This document shows, in pieces, positions 20,092 to 29,393 of a stretch of DNA of 64,000 bases. Position 1 is the stretch's first letter; each line of letters begins with the position of its first letter. Both the position numbers and the translations under genes were made by a program. Origin of the DNA: an uncultured bacterium (lineage in GTDB: Bacteria > Chloroflexota > UBA5177 > JANWHV01); the NCBI GenBank assembly GCA_963729625.1, contig CAVSOU010000010.1, positions 416,001 through 480,000 of the forward strand, in the 5' to 3' direction. The notes beneath the pieces are model-generated. The model made no database searches, was not told the origin of the DNA, and saw nothing but the letters and a program-made list of their open reading frames with translations.

Positions 20092-21138
20092 GTGACTGAA
20101 GAGACAAGACCAGAGATTAGTCGACGCAGGGCACTCGGGATGGCGGCTATGGCCGGTTTGGGCGGTGCGGCGGTGGCCGCGGGCCTGGGCGGCGCGTCGA
20201 TCCAGGAAGTAATGGCGGCCGGAGGGGGTCTACCCAAGAAGTCCTACAAGTTTGTCTTTGTCAATCACGTAACGACCAACCCCTTCTTCACTCCTACCCA
20301 GTACGGCGCCCAAGATGCCTGCTCATGGATGGGCTGCAGTTTCCAGTGGACGGGCTCGCAGAACAGCGTCGTCTCCGAGATGGTCGCCGCAATGCAGACC
20401 GCCATCGCGGCCAAGGTCGACGGCATCGCCGTGAGCCTCGTTGACCCCAAGGCCTTCAACAAGCCGACCGCGGACGCCCTCAGCATCGGTATCCCGGTCA
20501 TCGGCTACAACGCAGACACGCCCGGCAATGCCCGCCTGTCCTACGTCGGGCAGAGCCTCTACCAGTCCGGTTACAATATCGCCAACAAGTGGCTTCCCAT
20601 GCTCAAGAAGGGCAGCCACGTGATGCTGTCCATCGCCACGCCCGGCTCCCTGAACCTGCAGCCCAGGCTCAACGGTTACATCCAGGCGATCAAGGACGCC
20701 GGCAATCCGGTCACCTACGACGTGGTCAACTCCGGCGTGCAGGGCTCGCAGGAGCTCTCAGCAATTGAAAGCTACTACCTGGGCCACAAGACCATCGCCG
20801 GAATGTTCGGCACCGGTGCCACCGACAGCTATGCCTGCGGCGCGATCTCCAAGAAGTACGGCCTGGCTGCCAAAGGCGTGATCACGGCCGGCTACGATCT
20901 GCTGCCGCAGACCCTGGCCCTGATCGCCAGTGGGGACATGACCTTCACGACCGATCAGCAGCCCTACCTGCAGGGCTTCATCCCGATCCTGCAGATGTAC
21001 ATGTACAAGCTGTCCGGCGGCGCCGTCTCACCGGCCAACTGTGACACGAGCTTGGCTTATGTCAACAAGTCCAACGTGAGCATCTATACTGCGACCAAGA
21101 GCCGGTTCGAAGGTAGTACTACCGCCGAGCCTATGTAG
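20092..21138 (+). CDS. Sugar ABC transporter substrate-binding protein with Tat-type signal
   Basis: SRRRALG; FVNHVTTNPFF; periplasmic binding protein type 1 pattern (DQQPYLQG); AGGAG RBS. Confidence 0.93.
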   Translation: MTEETRPEISRRRALGMAAMAGLGGAAVAAGLGGASIQEVMAAGGGLPKKSYKFVFVNHVTTNPFFTPTQYGAQDACSWMGCSFQWTGSQNSVVSEMVAAMQTAIAAKVDGIAVSLVDPKAFNKPTADALSIGIPVIGYNADTPGNARLSYVGQSLYQSGYNIANKWLPMLKKGSHVMLSIATPGSLNLQPRLNGYIQAIKDAGNPVTYDVVNSGVQGSQELSAIESYYLGHKTIAGMFGTGATDSYACGAISKKYGLAAKGVITAGYDLLPQTLALIASGDMTFTTDQQPYLQGFIPILQMYMYKLSGGAVSPANCDTSLAYVNKSNVSIYTATKSRFEGSTTAEPM

Positions 21139-21370
21139 TCACCGCATCTGCCGAAGTATGCGCCAGGCTTCGCATGATCTGTCGCGGCCACCGACCTTGT
21201 TTCTTGCCATGGCATGAGAGAGGGCTGGTGATCGTGAGGGCACATACGGGGTGAGGCGGGCTTAACGGGCGCCGCCGGGGATCAGACGTAGAGACGTGGG
21301 ACTCCCGGCGGCGCTCAGCATAGGCACTATCTGGTGTGCCTGTAGTGTTAAGGGCAAAGAAGAAGCGAAG

Positions 21371-22438
21371 ATGGCACAGGTGAGCACACCGGTAAGTACA
21401 CCGCAGAGTCCGGGCCAGGCTTCTGCTGGGGGGCTTGAACGCGTTCTCGTCTTTCTGTCGCGCTATCGAGAAGCCAGTATCCTGTCCGTCGCGATCGTGC
21501 TGACTGCCTTCTTCGAAATCCGCAATACCACGTTCCTTACCAGTGCGGAGCTGAGTGTGGTATTGCGCGACACCGGGCGGATCGGCTTCATCTCGGCGGC
21601 CATGGTGATGGTGATGATCACTGGAGAGATCGACCTCTCCGTGGGCAGCACCTTCAGCCTGGCGCCGTATGTGATGATCATGCTGGCCACCATCAACGGA
21701 TTCAGCCTGTGGCTCGCGGCAGCCATTGCCATCTTGATCGGAGTGACCATTGGCTTGGTCAACGGACTGATCACGATCAAGTTCCACCTGCCGTCCCTGA
21801 TCACTACCCTCGGCACATTCTTCCTGTTGAACGGCATTACGATCAGCATCGGCAACAGCATACCGCTCGACAATCCCATTCAGGAGCCCTTCAACAAGAT
21901 CTTTGGCGAGAATCTTTACGGCCCTAACACCCCGTTCTTTTCCTGGCTCACGATCACCGGCTACAGCCCGTTTATCTGGGCCGTGGCGGTAGTGCTCGTG
22001 CTGACGGTGGTGTTATTTAATACCCGGTTCGGGCTGCACACCACTGCTACCGGCAGCAACCTGCTCGCAGCGAGCGAGATCGGGGTGCGCAGCGACCGCA
22101 TTAAGGTCTACAACTTCATGATTGTGGGGGCGGCGGCGGCTGGAGCCGGGATCATCAACTGCATACAGTACAGCGCGGCCGATCCTCTGGCCGGCGGACC
22201 CAACCTCACGCTGCAGGTCATTGGCGCCGCGGTAATCGGTGGCACCTCGCTCTTTGGCGGCGTGGGCACCGCCATCGGCGCCCTGATCGGATCCTACGTG
22301 GTCGCCTCGCTCAACGATGGGCTGGTTCTGCTCGGCGCTCAGGCCACGCAGTCCGATATCTATCTCGGCGCGGCCATTATTGGGGCGATGATCCTCAGTG
22401 TGTGGGTCAACACGGCGCGCGAGCGCAGGAGGCCATGA
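21371..22438 (+). CDS. Sugar ABC transporter permease (RbsC family)
   Basis: GEIDLSVGS, PSLITTLG, TRFG...GSN, AAVIGGTSLFGG. Confidence 0.93.
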   Translation: MAQVSTPVSTPQSPGQASAGGLERVLVFLSRYREASILSVAIVLTAFFEIRNTTFLTSAELSVVLRDTGRIGFISAAMVMVMITGEIDLSVGSTFSLAPYVMIMLATINGFSLWLAAAIAILIGVTIGLVNGLITIKFHLPSLITTLGTFFLLNGITISIGNSIPLDNPIQEPFNKIFGENLYGPNTPFFSWLTITGYSPFIWAVAVVLVLTVVLFNTRFGLHTTATGSNLLAASEIGVRSDRIKVYNFMIVGAAAAGAGIINCIQYSAADPLAGGPNLTLQVIGAAVIGGTSLFGGVGTAIGALIGSYVVASLNDGLVLLGAQATQSDIYLGAAIIGAMILSVWVNTARERRRP

Positions 22439-23208
22439 TGGTCGAAGAAGCGTCGATCATTCTTCAGGCAGAGCATATCAGCAAGCGTTTCGGCGCCGTC
22501 ACCGCGCTGAGCGACGTGAGCATGTACTTGCGCCGCGGCGAAGTGTTGGGTCTGGTCGGCGACAACGGCGCCGGCAAGTCCACTCTGATCAAGATCATTT
22601 CCGGCTTCCACAAGCCCGACGGCGGCACGCTTACCTTCCAGGGCAAGCCTCTGCACCTCAACTCGCCGATCGAGGCGCGCGCGCTGGGCATTCAGACCGT
22701 CTATCAGGACCTGGCCCTGGTCAACGACCTGACAGTCTTCCACAACATGTTCCTCGGACGCGAGCCGCTCAGACGGATACTGGGTGTCCGGCTGCTGGAC
22801 CACAAGCTGATGCGCCGGCAAACGCGCATGTACCTGGACACGCTTGGTATTCGCATTCCTAACGTGAACAGCGCGGTGGCCCAGCTCTCGGGCGGGCAAC
22901 GCCAGTCCATCGCGGTAGCCCGCTCTATCTACTCCAACCCCACGCTGCTGATCCTGGACGAACCGCTGGCCGCCCTTGGCGTGCGCGAGGGCAGGCTGGT
23001 GCTCAACCTGGTACAGGAGCTCAAGCGGCGCGGCGACGTCTCGATTATCATCATCGCGCACAACTATGCGCAGGTCTTCGAGATCTGCGATCGGATCAAC
23101 TTTGTCAGCGGCGGCATGATCACGTACGATAAGGCCACCAAAGACACCACGATCAACGAGCTCATGGACCTGGTGATGTCAGGCTACAGAGTCGATCAGC
23201 CTGCGTAG
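22435..23208 (+). CDS. Sugar ABC transporter ATP-binding protein
   Basis: GDNGAGKST, LSGGQRQ, ILDEP; ATGA overlap with the permease stop. Confidence 0.95.
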   Translation: MMVEEASIILQAEHISKRFGAVTALSDVSMYLRRGEVLGLVGDNGAGKSTLIKIISGFHKPDGGTLTFQGKPLHLNSPIEARALGIQTVYQDLALVNDLTVFHNMFLGREPLRRILGVRLLDHKLMRRQTRMYLDTLGIRIPNVNSAVAQLSGGQRQSIAVARSIYSNPTLLILDEPLAALGVREGRLVLNLVQELKRRGDVSIIIIAHNYAQVFEICDRINFVSGGMITYDKATKDTTINELMDLVMSGYRVDQPA

Positions 23209-23241
23209 CAGGCGCCTCTTTTCGACTTCGCAGTGCGTTGC

Positions 23242-23274
23242 GGGGGCCCAAAGGTGCAATGCCTTTGGGCTCCC
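23242..23274 (+). terminator. GC-rich hairpin after the ABC operon (terminator or REP-like)
   Basis: GGGGGCCCAAAGG-TGCAATG-CCTTTGGGCTCCC, a 13-bp stem with one G-T pair; no U tract. Confidence 0.5.
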
Positions 23275-23589
23275 AGCTATCTATTCGGACGCGCGCAATC
23301 TTGAATCGCGATCCTGGGATTCCTGCGTGAAGGCCGGAGAGTCTCACCTCGAGGTCCGGCGGTACGGCTCGGCCCGCCGCGCACAGGAGCAACGATTGCA
23401 GCACGGGCTCCCGCTGCCCGCGAATCGTCCGCCACCTGAGCTGGCCCTCGCCAGATTGAGGCCGGCCCCGGCCGCTGTAACGCCCGGCATCGCATCGCTG
23501 ATTGCAGCGCAGGCCCCGAGGTGCCGCCGGCGCGAGTATCATGATTAGGTTGATGCACCGCGTATGATTGTGGTGATGGGGAGGTTTGC

Positions 23590-24462
23590 GTGGCTGTTGG
23601 CTTACTGGAACTCCTCAGGTCGCGCCCAGCTGTTTCCGATGGCGCATGGGGTACGCAGCTGCAGGAGCAAGGGCTCGCTGCCGGAGAATGCCCGGACAGC
23701 TGGAACCTCGTGCACCCCGACCGAGTAGAAGATGTTGCGCGACGCTACGTCGATGCCGGAAGCCAGATCATTCTCACGAACACGTTCCGAGCGAACCCGA
23801 TCACTCTTGCGGACTACGGCCTCTCAGAGAAGGCCTCAGAAATCAATCGAGCCGGCGCCGAGATCTCCCGGCGAGCCGCGGGAAACCGCGCCCTCGTCAT
23901 CGCATCCGTCGGGCCAACTGGACGGCTGTTGATGACCGGCGCCGTGCAGGACGATGAGTTGCACGATGCCTTTCTGCTACAGGCGCGGGCGCTAGCCGAG
24001 GGCGGAGTGGACGGCATCGTGATCGAGACGATGAGTGATCTGGCTGAAGCGACGGTTGCCCTCGCCGCCGCGGTGGAGACCGGCCTTCCGGTCGTGGTCA
24101 GCATGGTCTTTGATTCGGGCAAGCACAAGGACCGGACGATGATGGGCGTTACACCGGAGCAAGCGGTGGAAAGCCTTGCCCGGGCCGGAGCGTCGGCAGT
24201 GGGGGCGAACTGCGGGCAAGGCATCGCCGGGTACGTTCCGATCTGCCGGCGACTTCGCCAGGCGACGGACCTGCCAATCTGGATCAAGCCAAACGCCGGC
24301 ATGCCGTCGCTCGTCGAGGGCCGTCCCGTGTACGCGACAACGCCCGATGAGTTCGCAGGTTACGCCATCGAGCTGGTCGAGGCGGGCGCCGACATCATCG
24401 GCGGCTGTTGCGGAACGTCACCGGAATTCATCCGCGCGATCGTGCGCCGCCTGGCCGGCTGA
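23590..24462 (+). CDS. Homocysteine S-methyltransferase family protein (stand-alone MetH N-terminal-like domain)
   Basis: DGAWGTQL, TNTF, ETMSD, GANCG, KPNAG, IIGGCCGT. Confidence 0.93.
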   Translation: MAVGLLELLRSRPAVSDGAWGTQLQEQGLAAGECPDSWNLVHPDRVEDVARRYVDAGSQIILTNTFRANPITLADYGLSEKASEINRAGAEISRRAAGNRALVIASVGPTGRLLMTGAVQDDELHDAFLLQARALAEGGVDGIVIETMSDLAEATVALAAAVETGLPVVVSMVFDSGKHKDRTMMGVTPEQAVESLARAGASAVGANCGQGIAGYVPICRRLRQATDLPIWIKPNAGMPSLVEGRPVYATTPDEFAGYAIELVEAGADIIGGCCGTSPEFIRAIVRRLAG

Positions 24463-25043
24463 GGCACTCGGCGGCGCACCGACGAGATAGGCAGCCTGAT
24501 GCCTCACCAAGACGGGTCGATCTTCGCACCGGGTCTGGGCGTGAAGCCTGACCAGGATCGATAGGGCTGCTCTGACAATCTCTACAAGGAGTTGGGCGGC
24601 TCTATATGTGGACGCGACCCGCGGCGACCGGACTGGCTCGCGATCGTCCCCGGTCACGGCTACGCAGTGCCACAGACTGGACTGCCGTGATGTGCTGGGT
24701 TGAGCCGCGAAAGCGCACGCCTGGCAGCCTTCGGCGCCGGCGCGTCTCAATGCGATTCCCGCGGGCGCGCTGCTTGGGGACGCCATTTCACTAGCCGCGT
24801 GACCGGGTCAGTTCTGCTCGCGGATGGCGGCCGCAGCCTGCACCCAATGGACCAACCAGCTGGACGCGACGCCGAGCATGCCGTGCTTGCGCCAAGCGCG
24901 ACACGCCCCCGGTCGATTTTGGTCTCGGAAGCAATTAAGCAGTGGTAAAATGCTAGATAGCTGCACTGAATCCGGGCTACCTGTGCGGCAGCATATTGGC
25001 CGGCGGCAGCCAATTGGTGCTTGCGGACCGTGGGATGTGAGAC

Positions 25044-26759
25044 ATGTTGGAAACACCGGCTCTGCGGGTGCGCGCGCTGATTCGGCAGCACGTGCCGATT
25101 CTGACCTGGCTGCCGTCCTACAAACCGACGTGGCTTCGAGCCGACGTGATCGCGGGCGCGACGGTCTGGGCAATTCTGGTGCCGGAGAGCGTTGCATACG
25201 CGCAGCTCGCCGGAGTGCCTGCCGTGGCCGCGCTGTCGCTGGCGCCGGGCGCGCTTCTTGCCTACGCAGTGTTCGGCAAATCGAGGCAGGCCATAGTCGG
25301 CGGGGACTCCGCCCTGTCCATCATGTCCGCCGCCGCGGTAGCGCCAATCGCGCTCGGAAGCACTGCAAGATACGGGTCGCTGACCGCCGAGCTGGCCATA
25401 CTCGCCGGGGCGATTGCCGTGCTCTGTGGGTTCGGCCGCCTGGGATTCGTCGCATCCTTTCTCTCTCGGCCGGTAGTCGCGGGCTTCATGTTTGGTCTGA
25501 GTATGGTCGTCGCCATCGGCCAGTTGCCCAAGGTATTCGGCGTCAAGGGCGCCTCCGGGAATTTCTTCGACAAGTTCGGCGGTCTTGCACGCCATCTCGG
25601 CAACACGAACGGCTGGACGCTTTTGATAGGCGGATGCAGCCTGGCGATCCTGTTTGGCCTGAAACGCTTTGTGCCCAAGGCGCCCGCCGCGTTGATCGCG
25701 GTCGCCGCCAGCACGGTTGCCGCCTCGCTTCTGGACCTGGCGCACCACGGGGTCGACCTCGTGGGCACAATTCCCGCCGGATTGCCGCGCGCCGGATTAC
25801 CGGACGTCAGGTCCGGCGACATCGCGTCTCTGCTACCGGCCGCGCTTGGCATCGTGCTCGTCGGGTATGCCGAGCACCTCGGCACTATCCAGAGGACGTC
25901 GACCGCGAAGACTGATGCGATCGACCCGAACCAGGAGCTCATCGCCCTGGGAGCTTCGCACATCAGTGCCGGCGTACTGCACGGATTTGTGGTCACGGGC
26001 AGCCTCTCCAAGACGACGGTCAACGATAGTGCCGGGGCGCAAAGCCAGGTGTCGAGCATCGTCGCTGCCGCGCTCGTCATCGCTACCGGCTTGTATCTGA
26101 CGCCGCTCTTCCGCAATCTGCCGGACGCCACACTTGGAGCGATCGTCATCGCCGCCATCTGGCACATCTTCGACGTCGGCGAGATGCGGCGATTCTTCCG
26201 CCTGAGTCGCGAGGGATTCGTACTGGCGTTGACGGCGCTTCTCGGGGAGCTCGTGCTGAATGTCCTGCCCGGTCTGCTGTTCGCCGTAGGACTCTCATTC
26301 GCTCTCCTCATCTACCGGTCCAGCCGCCCGCACGTCGCCGTACTTGGCCGGTTTCCGGGCGAGCACACCTACGCCGACCTGTCCATGCACCCGGAAAATG
26401 AGACAATACCCGGACTGCTCCTGGTGCGGTTGGACGCACAACTCTTCTTCGCCAACGACGACGTCCTGAGAAGCAAGCTTCGCGAGCTCGCGCGCGCATC
26501 GGCGCCGGCGCCACGGGCGATTCTCCTCGATCTGGAAGCGACGACGATGTTGGACATCTCCAGCGCCGATACGCTGGCCGAGATAGCGGCGGATTTCAAG
26601 GAGGAAGGGATAGTACTCCTGCTCGCTCGCGTGCGAGACCCAGTGCTTGCCATGCTTCGCCGTTCGGGCGCGGCAGCGCTGATCGGCGACGCGCATTTCT
26701 ACCATATGGTCGACGAAGGCGTGGCAGACTTTCAGCGCTGGAGCGCGGGCACGGCGTAG
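25044..26759 (+). CDS. SulP/SLC26 anion permease with STAS domain
   Basis: ADVIAG...VPESVAYAQLAG, DPNQELIALG, GSLSKT; STAS (LFFAN, LDISS). Confidence 0.95.
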   Translation: MLETPALRVRALIRQHVPILTWLPSYKPTWLRADVIAGATVWAILVPESVAYAQLAGVPAVAALSLAPGALLAYAVFGKSRQAIVGGDSALSIMSAAAVAPIALGSTARYGSLTAELAILAGAIAVLCGFGRLGFVASFLSRPVVAGFMFGLSMVVAIGQLPKVFGVKGASGNFFDKFGGLARHLGNTNGWTLLIGGCSLAILFGLKRFVPKAPAALIAVAASTVAASLLDLAHHGVDLVGTIPAGLPRAGLPDVRSGDIASLLPAALGIVLVGYAEHLGTIQRTSTAKTDAIDPNQELIALGASHISAGVLHGFVVTGSLSKTTVNDSAGAQSQVSSIVAAALVIATGLYLTPLFRNLPDATLGAIVIAAIWHIFDVGEMRRFFRLSREGFVLALTALLGELVLNVLPGLLFAVGLSFALLIYRSSRPHVAVLGRFPGEHTYADLSMHPENETIPGLLLVRLDAQLFFANDDVLRSKLRELARASAPAPRAILLDLEATTMLDISSADTLAEIAADFKEEGIVLLLARVRDPVLAMLRRSGAAALIGDAHFYHMVDEGVADFQRWSAGTA

Positions 26760-27257
26760 CTGCACGCAGTCCAGCAGGTTGTGACGGCGGTGACTGTGGC
26801 GTGAACGGCGTCTGATGTACTGGAGCATGCGGCATGGAGCACACCACATTCGTACAGGACCCGAGCCCATGTGTCCGCCCGGCACCGTCATCTACTGAAG
26901 CACAGCCACGCCGAAATTTGCAGCCCGAGCTGGCCAGCTCGCAGTTGTCGACAAGCGCGATCGGTACCTGCGCCGGGTCGAGCGTCACCACCAGTCCTTC
27001 GGCGGGACCATCGTCCGGCATCTTGGTGAGAGACCGGGCGTGAGCTCACGATCGAGCAGGCCTTCGTTACTGTGAGTATCCTCAGTTGAAATATGGCATT
27101 ATTGATAGTAGAACTTCATTTCCCACCTCGCCTGTTGCCGTGTCCATTCGATCGTTGGCGCAGCGTCACGCTTCGAGCAATACGCACGTCGTGCAAAGCC
27201 GCCTGCGCCGTCCTTGCGGGCCGGTACTGGCCGCAGCAAGAAAGGGGATTTACCTGA

Positions 27258-29213
27258 ATGCCAAACGTGAATCGCTACGCTTGTCGGCTTCGATATATCG
27301 TCGCTGCTACGGCGCCCTTCCGGCGTGCTACCATCGGCCGGTTGATCCTGGCTCTGGGGCTGGCGATGATTGCCGGGCTACCGGGGGCACTTGCCGCGGC
27401 GCACGCGTCCAACGCACTTCTCGCTCCCCCCACGTTTCCGGGGCCCCAGCGTGGGACTGCCGACACCTCCGCGATAACGCCGGCTGATTTTTCCTACCAA
27501 TGCAACACGTCCGCGATAACCGCGCCTGTACATGCCGCCGGAGTGACTGTCTCGGCCGGCCAGGGCTTTCAGTCCATAGGATGCGGCCAAGCGCAGATTG
27601 TGCTGAACGCGCCGGCTTCCGGCCACTTCAAAGCCGCGGTCGCCGTCGCGGACACGGCTCCGGCCGGTAGTATGGGCGGTATTCAATTGCTCGTCCTCGG
27701 CCCGGACGGCCTCAACATTCACAGCGTGTTCGTGCGCGTCGCCAAGGACACGACGAGGCAGGCCGACGTCGACGTTTCGGGTGGCGTTGCGCTCTCGATC
27801 ACATTCCTGCCGCAGATCCCGACCGTCGTGTACCACGTACAATTGACCGGTCTGGCGCGGTCGCTCCGTATCGTGCCCATGAGCGGCACGGGCATGCCGG
27901 CCGGCGCCACGCCGGTGCCCAAGGCCGACATCAGCCTGAATTGCGTTGCCGGGCCGGCAAACGCTCAGAGCACGGTGAGCGGCGTGACCGTGCCGCTCAC
28001 CGGTACCTACCAGGTCCAGGGGTGCGGAAAAATCATCATGCAGGTGCCGGCAGGTGGTGGAGGCACGCTGGCCGTGCGCTACGGCACGGACGAGACGCTC
28101 ACGAACTATACGTCCATCGCCGCCGAGGTTGATCTTCGGGTGCTGGATGCGAGCAACCACCTGCTGCGCAAGGCGATTGGCCTGTCGTCCATTGGTAGCG
28201 GCCTGCAGGCGCTCTGGGTAGACACGCTGGGCGGCAGCACCGCCACGCTGACTATAGATGTGTCTGGTGGCGAGCACGTGGCCGTGACCGGCATCAGCTT
28301 CGTGCCCGGCCACTACGCGCCGCACCCGAACCCGGATCATCAGGAGTTCGGCAGTCCCAACGGCGGAGCGATCGACATCGCGGCCGACGCAATGGTGAAT
28401 GTCTGCAATGCCGGCGTGGGCACTGAGGACGTCACGGTGGCGCATCAAGATGTTCCCCGCGACAGTTATGTCAACATCATTGGCTGCGGCATCACCGAGC
28501 TGATCATGACCAACGCCCACGGCCGCTTCCACGCACGATTCGGCATCAGCGATACGAGCTCGAATACGAACAATCAGGAGACGGTGACGCTCGTCACCCT
28601 CGACCAGAACAGCCATCCGCTGGTGAAGGTCACAGTCAGCGCCAAATTCGGCGGGCCGTCCGCGACGCTGGACGCCAGCATTGACGGCGCCAGCCTTCTG
28701 GAGGTGCAGAGTGTCTCGGGCGGCGGGCAGGGCGAGCTCTTTGACATGACGCTGACAGGGCATGCCACGCTGTACGATCGCGTCTTCCCCCCCAGCGAGC
28801 CGCCGGTCAGCACGACAGGCGGCACGCCCGTCGATCCGCGCGGTTTTGCGCTGGCGTGTGTCGCGGGCGTGTCGACGCAGGACACCTTGCTCATCCACCA
28901 GGCGGCACTCGAGCAATGGTCGCTGGCGCTCGGCGGATGTGGCTCGGCTACGATTGACATCGCGAAGCTGCCCGGTCCGCATCATCTGTTCAGCGTGCTC
29001 TATGGCTTTGCCGTGCTGGATCAGCACTATGGCATAGGGCACCTGCGGCTGTCGGTGCTGGACGCGAAAGGCAAGGTGCAGCGGACAGTTGCCGCCGTCA
29101 CTCGCGCTGGCTATGGACCACGGCGCCTGGCGATCAGCCTGGCCGGCGGCACAAGACTGCAGATTGCGGGCGTGGACACTCCGCTGACCGTCTTTGCGCT
29201 GACCTCCGCCTAG
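27258..29213 (+). CDS. Secreted protein of four tandem Cys-containing beta-rich (NPCBM-like) domains
   Basis: Signal peptide followed by four ~140-aa units, each with C-x26-C ending in GCG. Confidence 0.7.
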   Translation: MPNVNRYACRLRYIVAATAPFRRATIGRLILALGLAMIAGLPGALAAAHASNALLAPPTFPGPQRGTADTSAITPADFSYQCNTSAITAPVHAAGVTVSAGQGFQSIGCGQAQIVLNAPASGHFKAAVAVADTAPAGSMGGIQLLVLGPDGLNIHSVFVRVAKDTTRQADVDVSGGVALSITFLPQIPTVVYHVQLTGLARSLRIVPMSGTGMPAGATPVPKADISLNCVAGPANAQSTVSGVTVPLTGTYQVQGCGKIIMQVPAGGGGTLAVRYGTDETLTNYTSIAAEVDLRVLDASNHLLRKAIGLSSIGSGLQALWVDTLGGSTATLTIDVSGGEHVAVTGISFVPGHYAPHPNPDHQEFGSPNGGAIDIAADAMVNVCNAGVGTEDVTVAHQDVPRDSYVNIIGCGITELIMTNAHGRFHARFGISDTSSNTNNQETVTLVTLDQNSHPLVKVTVSAKFGGPSATLDASIDGASLLEVQSVSGGGQGELFDMTLTGHATLYDRVFPPSEPPVSTTGGTPVDPRGFALACVAGVSTQDTLLIHQAALEQWSLALGGCGSATIDIAKLPGPHHLFSVLYGFAVLDQHYGIGHLRLSVLDAKGKVQRTVAAVTRAGYGPRRLAISLAGGTRLQIAGVDTPLTVFALTSA

Positions 29214-29393
29214 CCGGCGCATTTCGTTACTGCCTGGCAAACCCATAGTCCTGTACTGCCTGAGAATCAGGCATCCGATTTCCAGTACAATGATCGATGG
29301 CGCGCCGGTCTGTCCCGATGGCCCGGCTTGCGATGGGCGGGCCTTTCACCGCATCGGCGACAGCGCTGCCCCGAATTGCCCGAGAGGCGAGTT

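Noticed and set aside
26760-27250. Possible coding remnant (MPDDGPAEGLVVTLDP...)
   Set aside because: Could not be tied to any family.
27378-29246. 622-aa minus-strand ORF
   Set aside because: Antisense to a well-formed secreted protein; typical high-GC shadow. The same applies to 34537-35946, 57430-58914 and 58807-60066.
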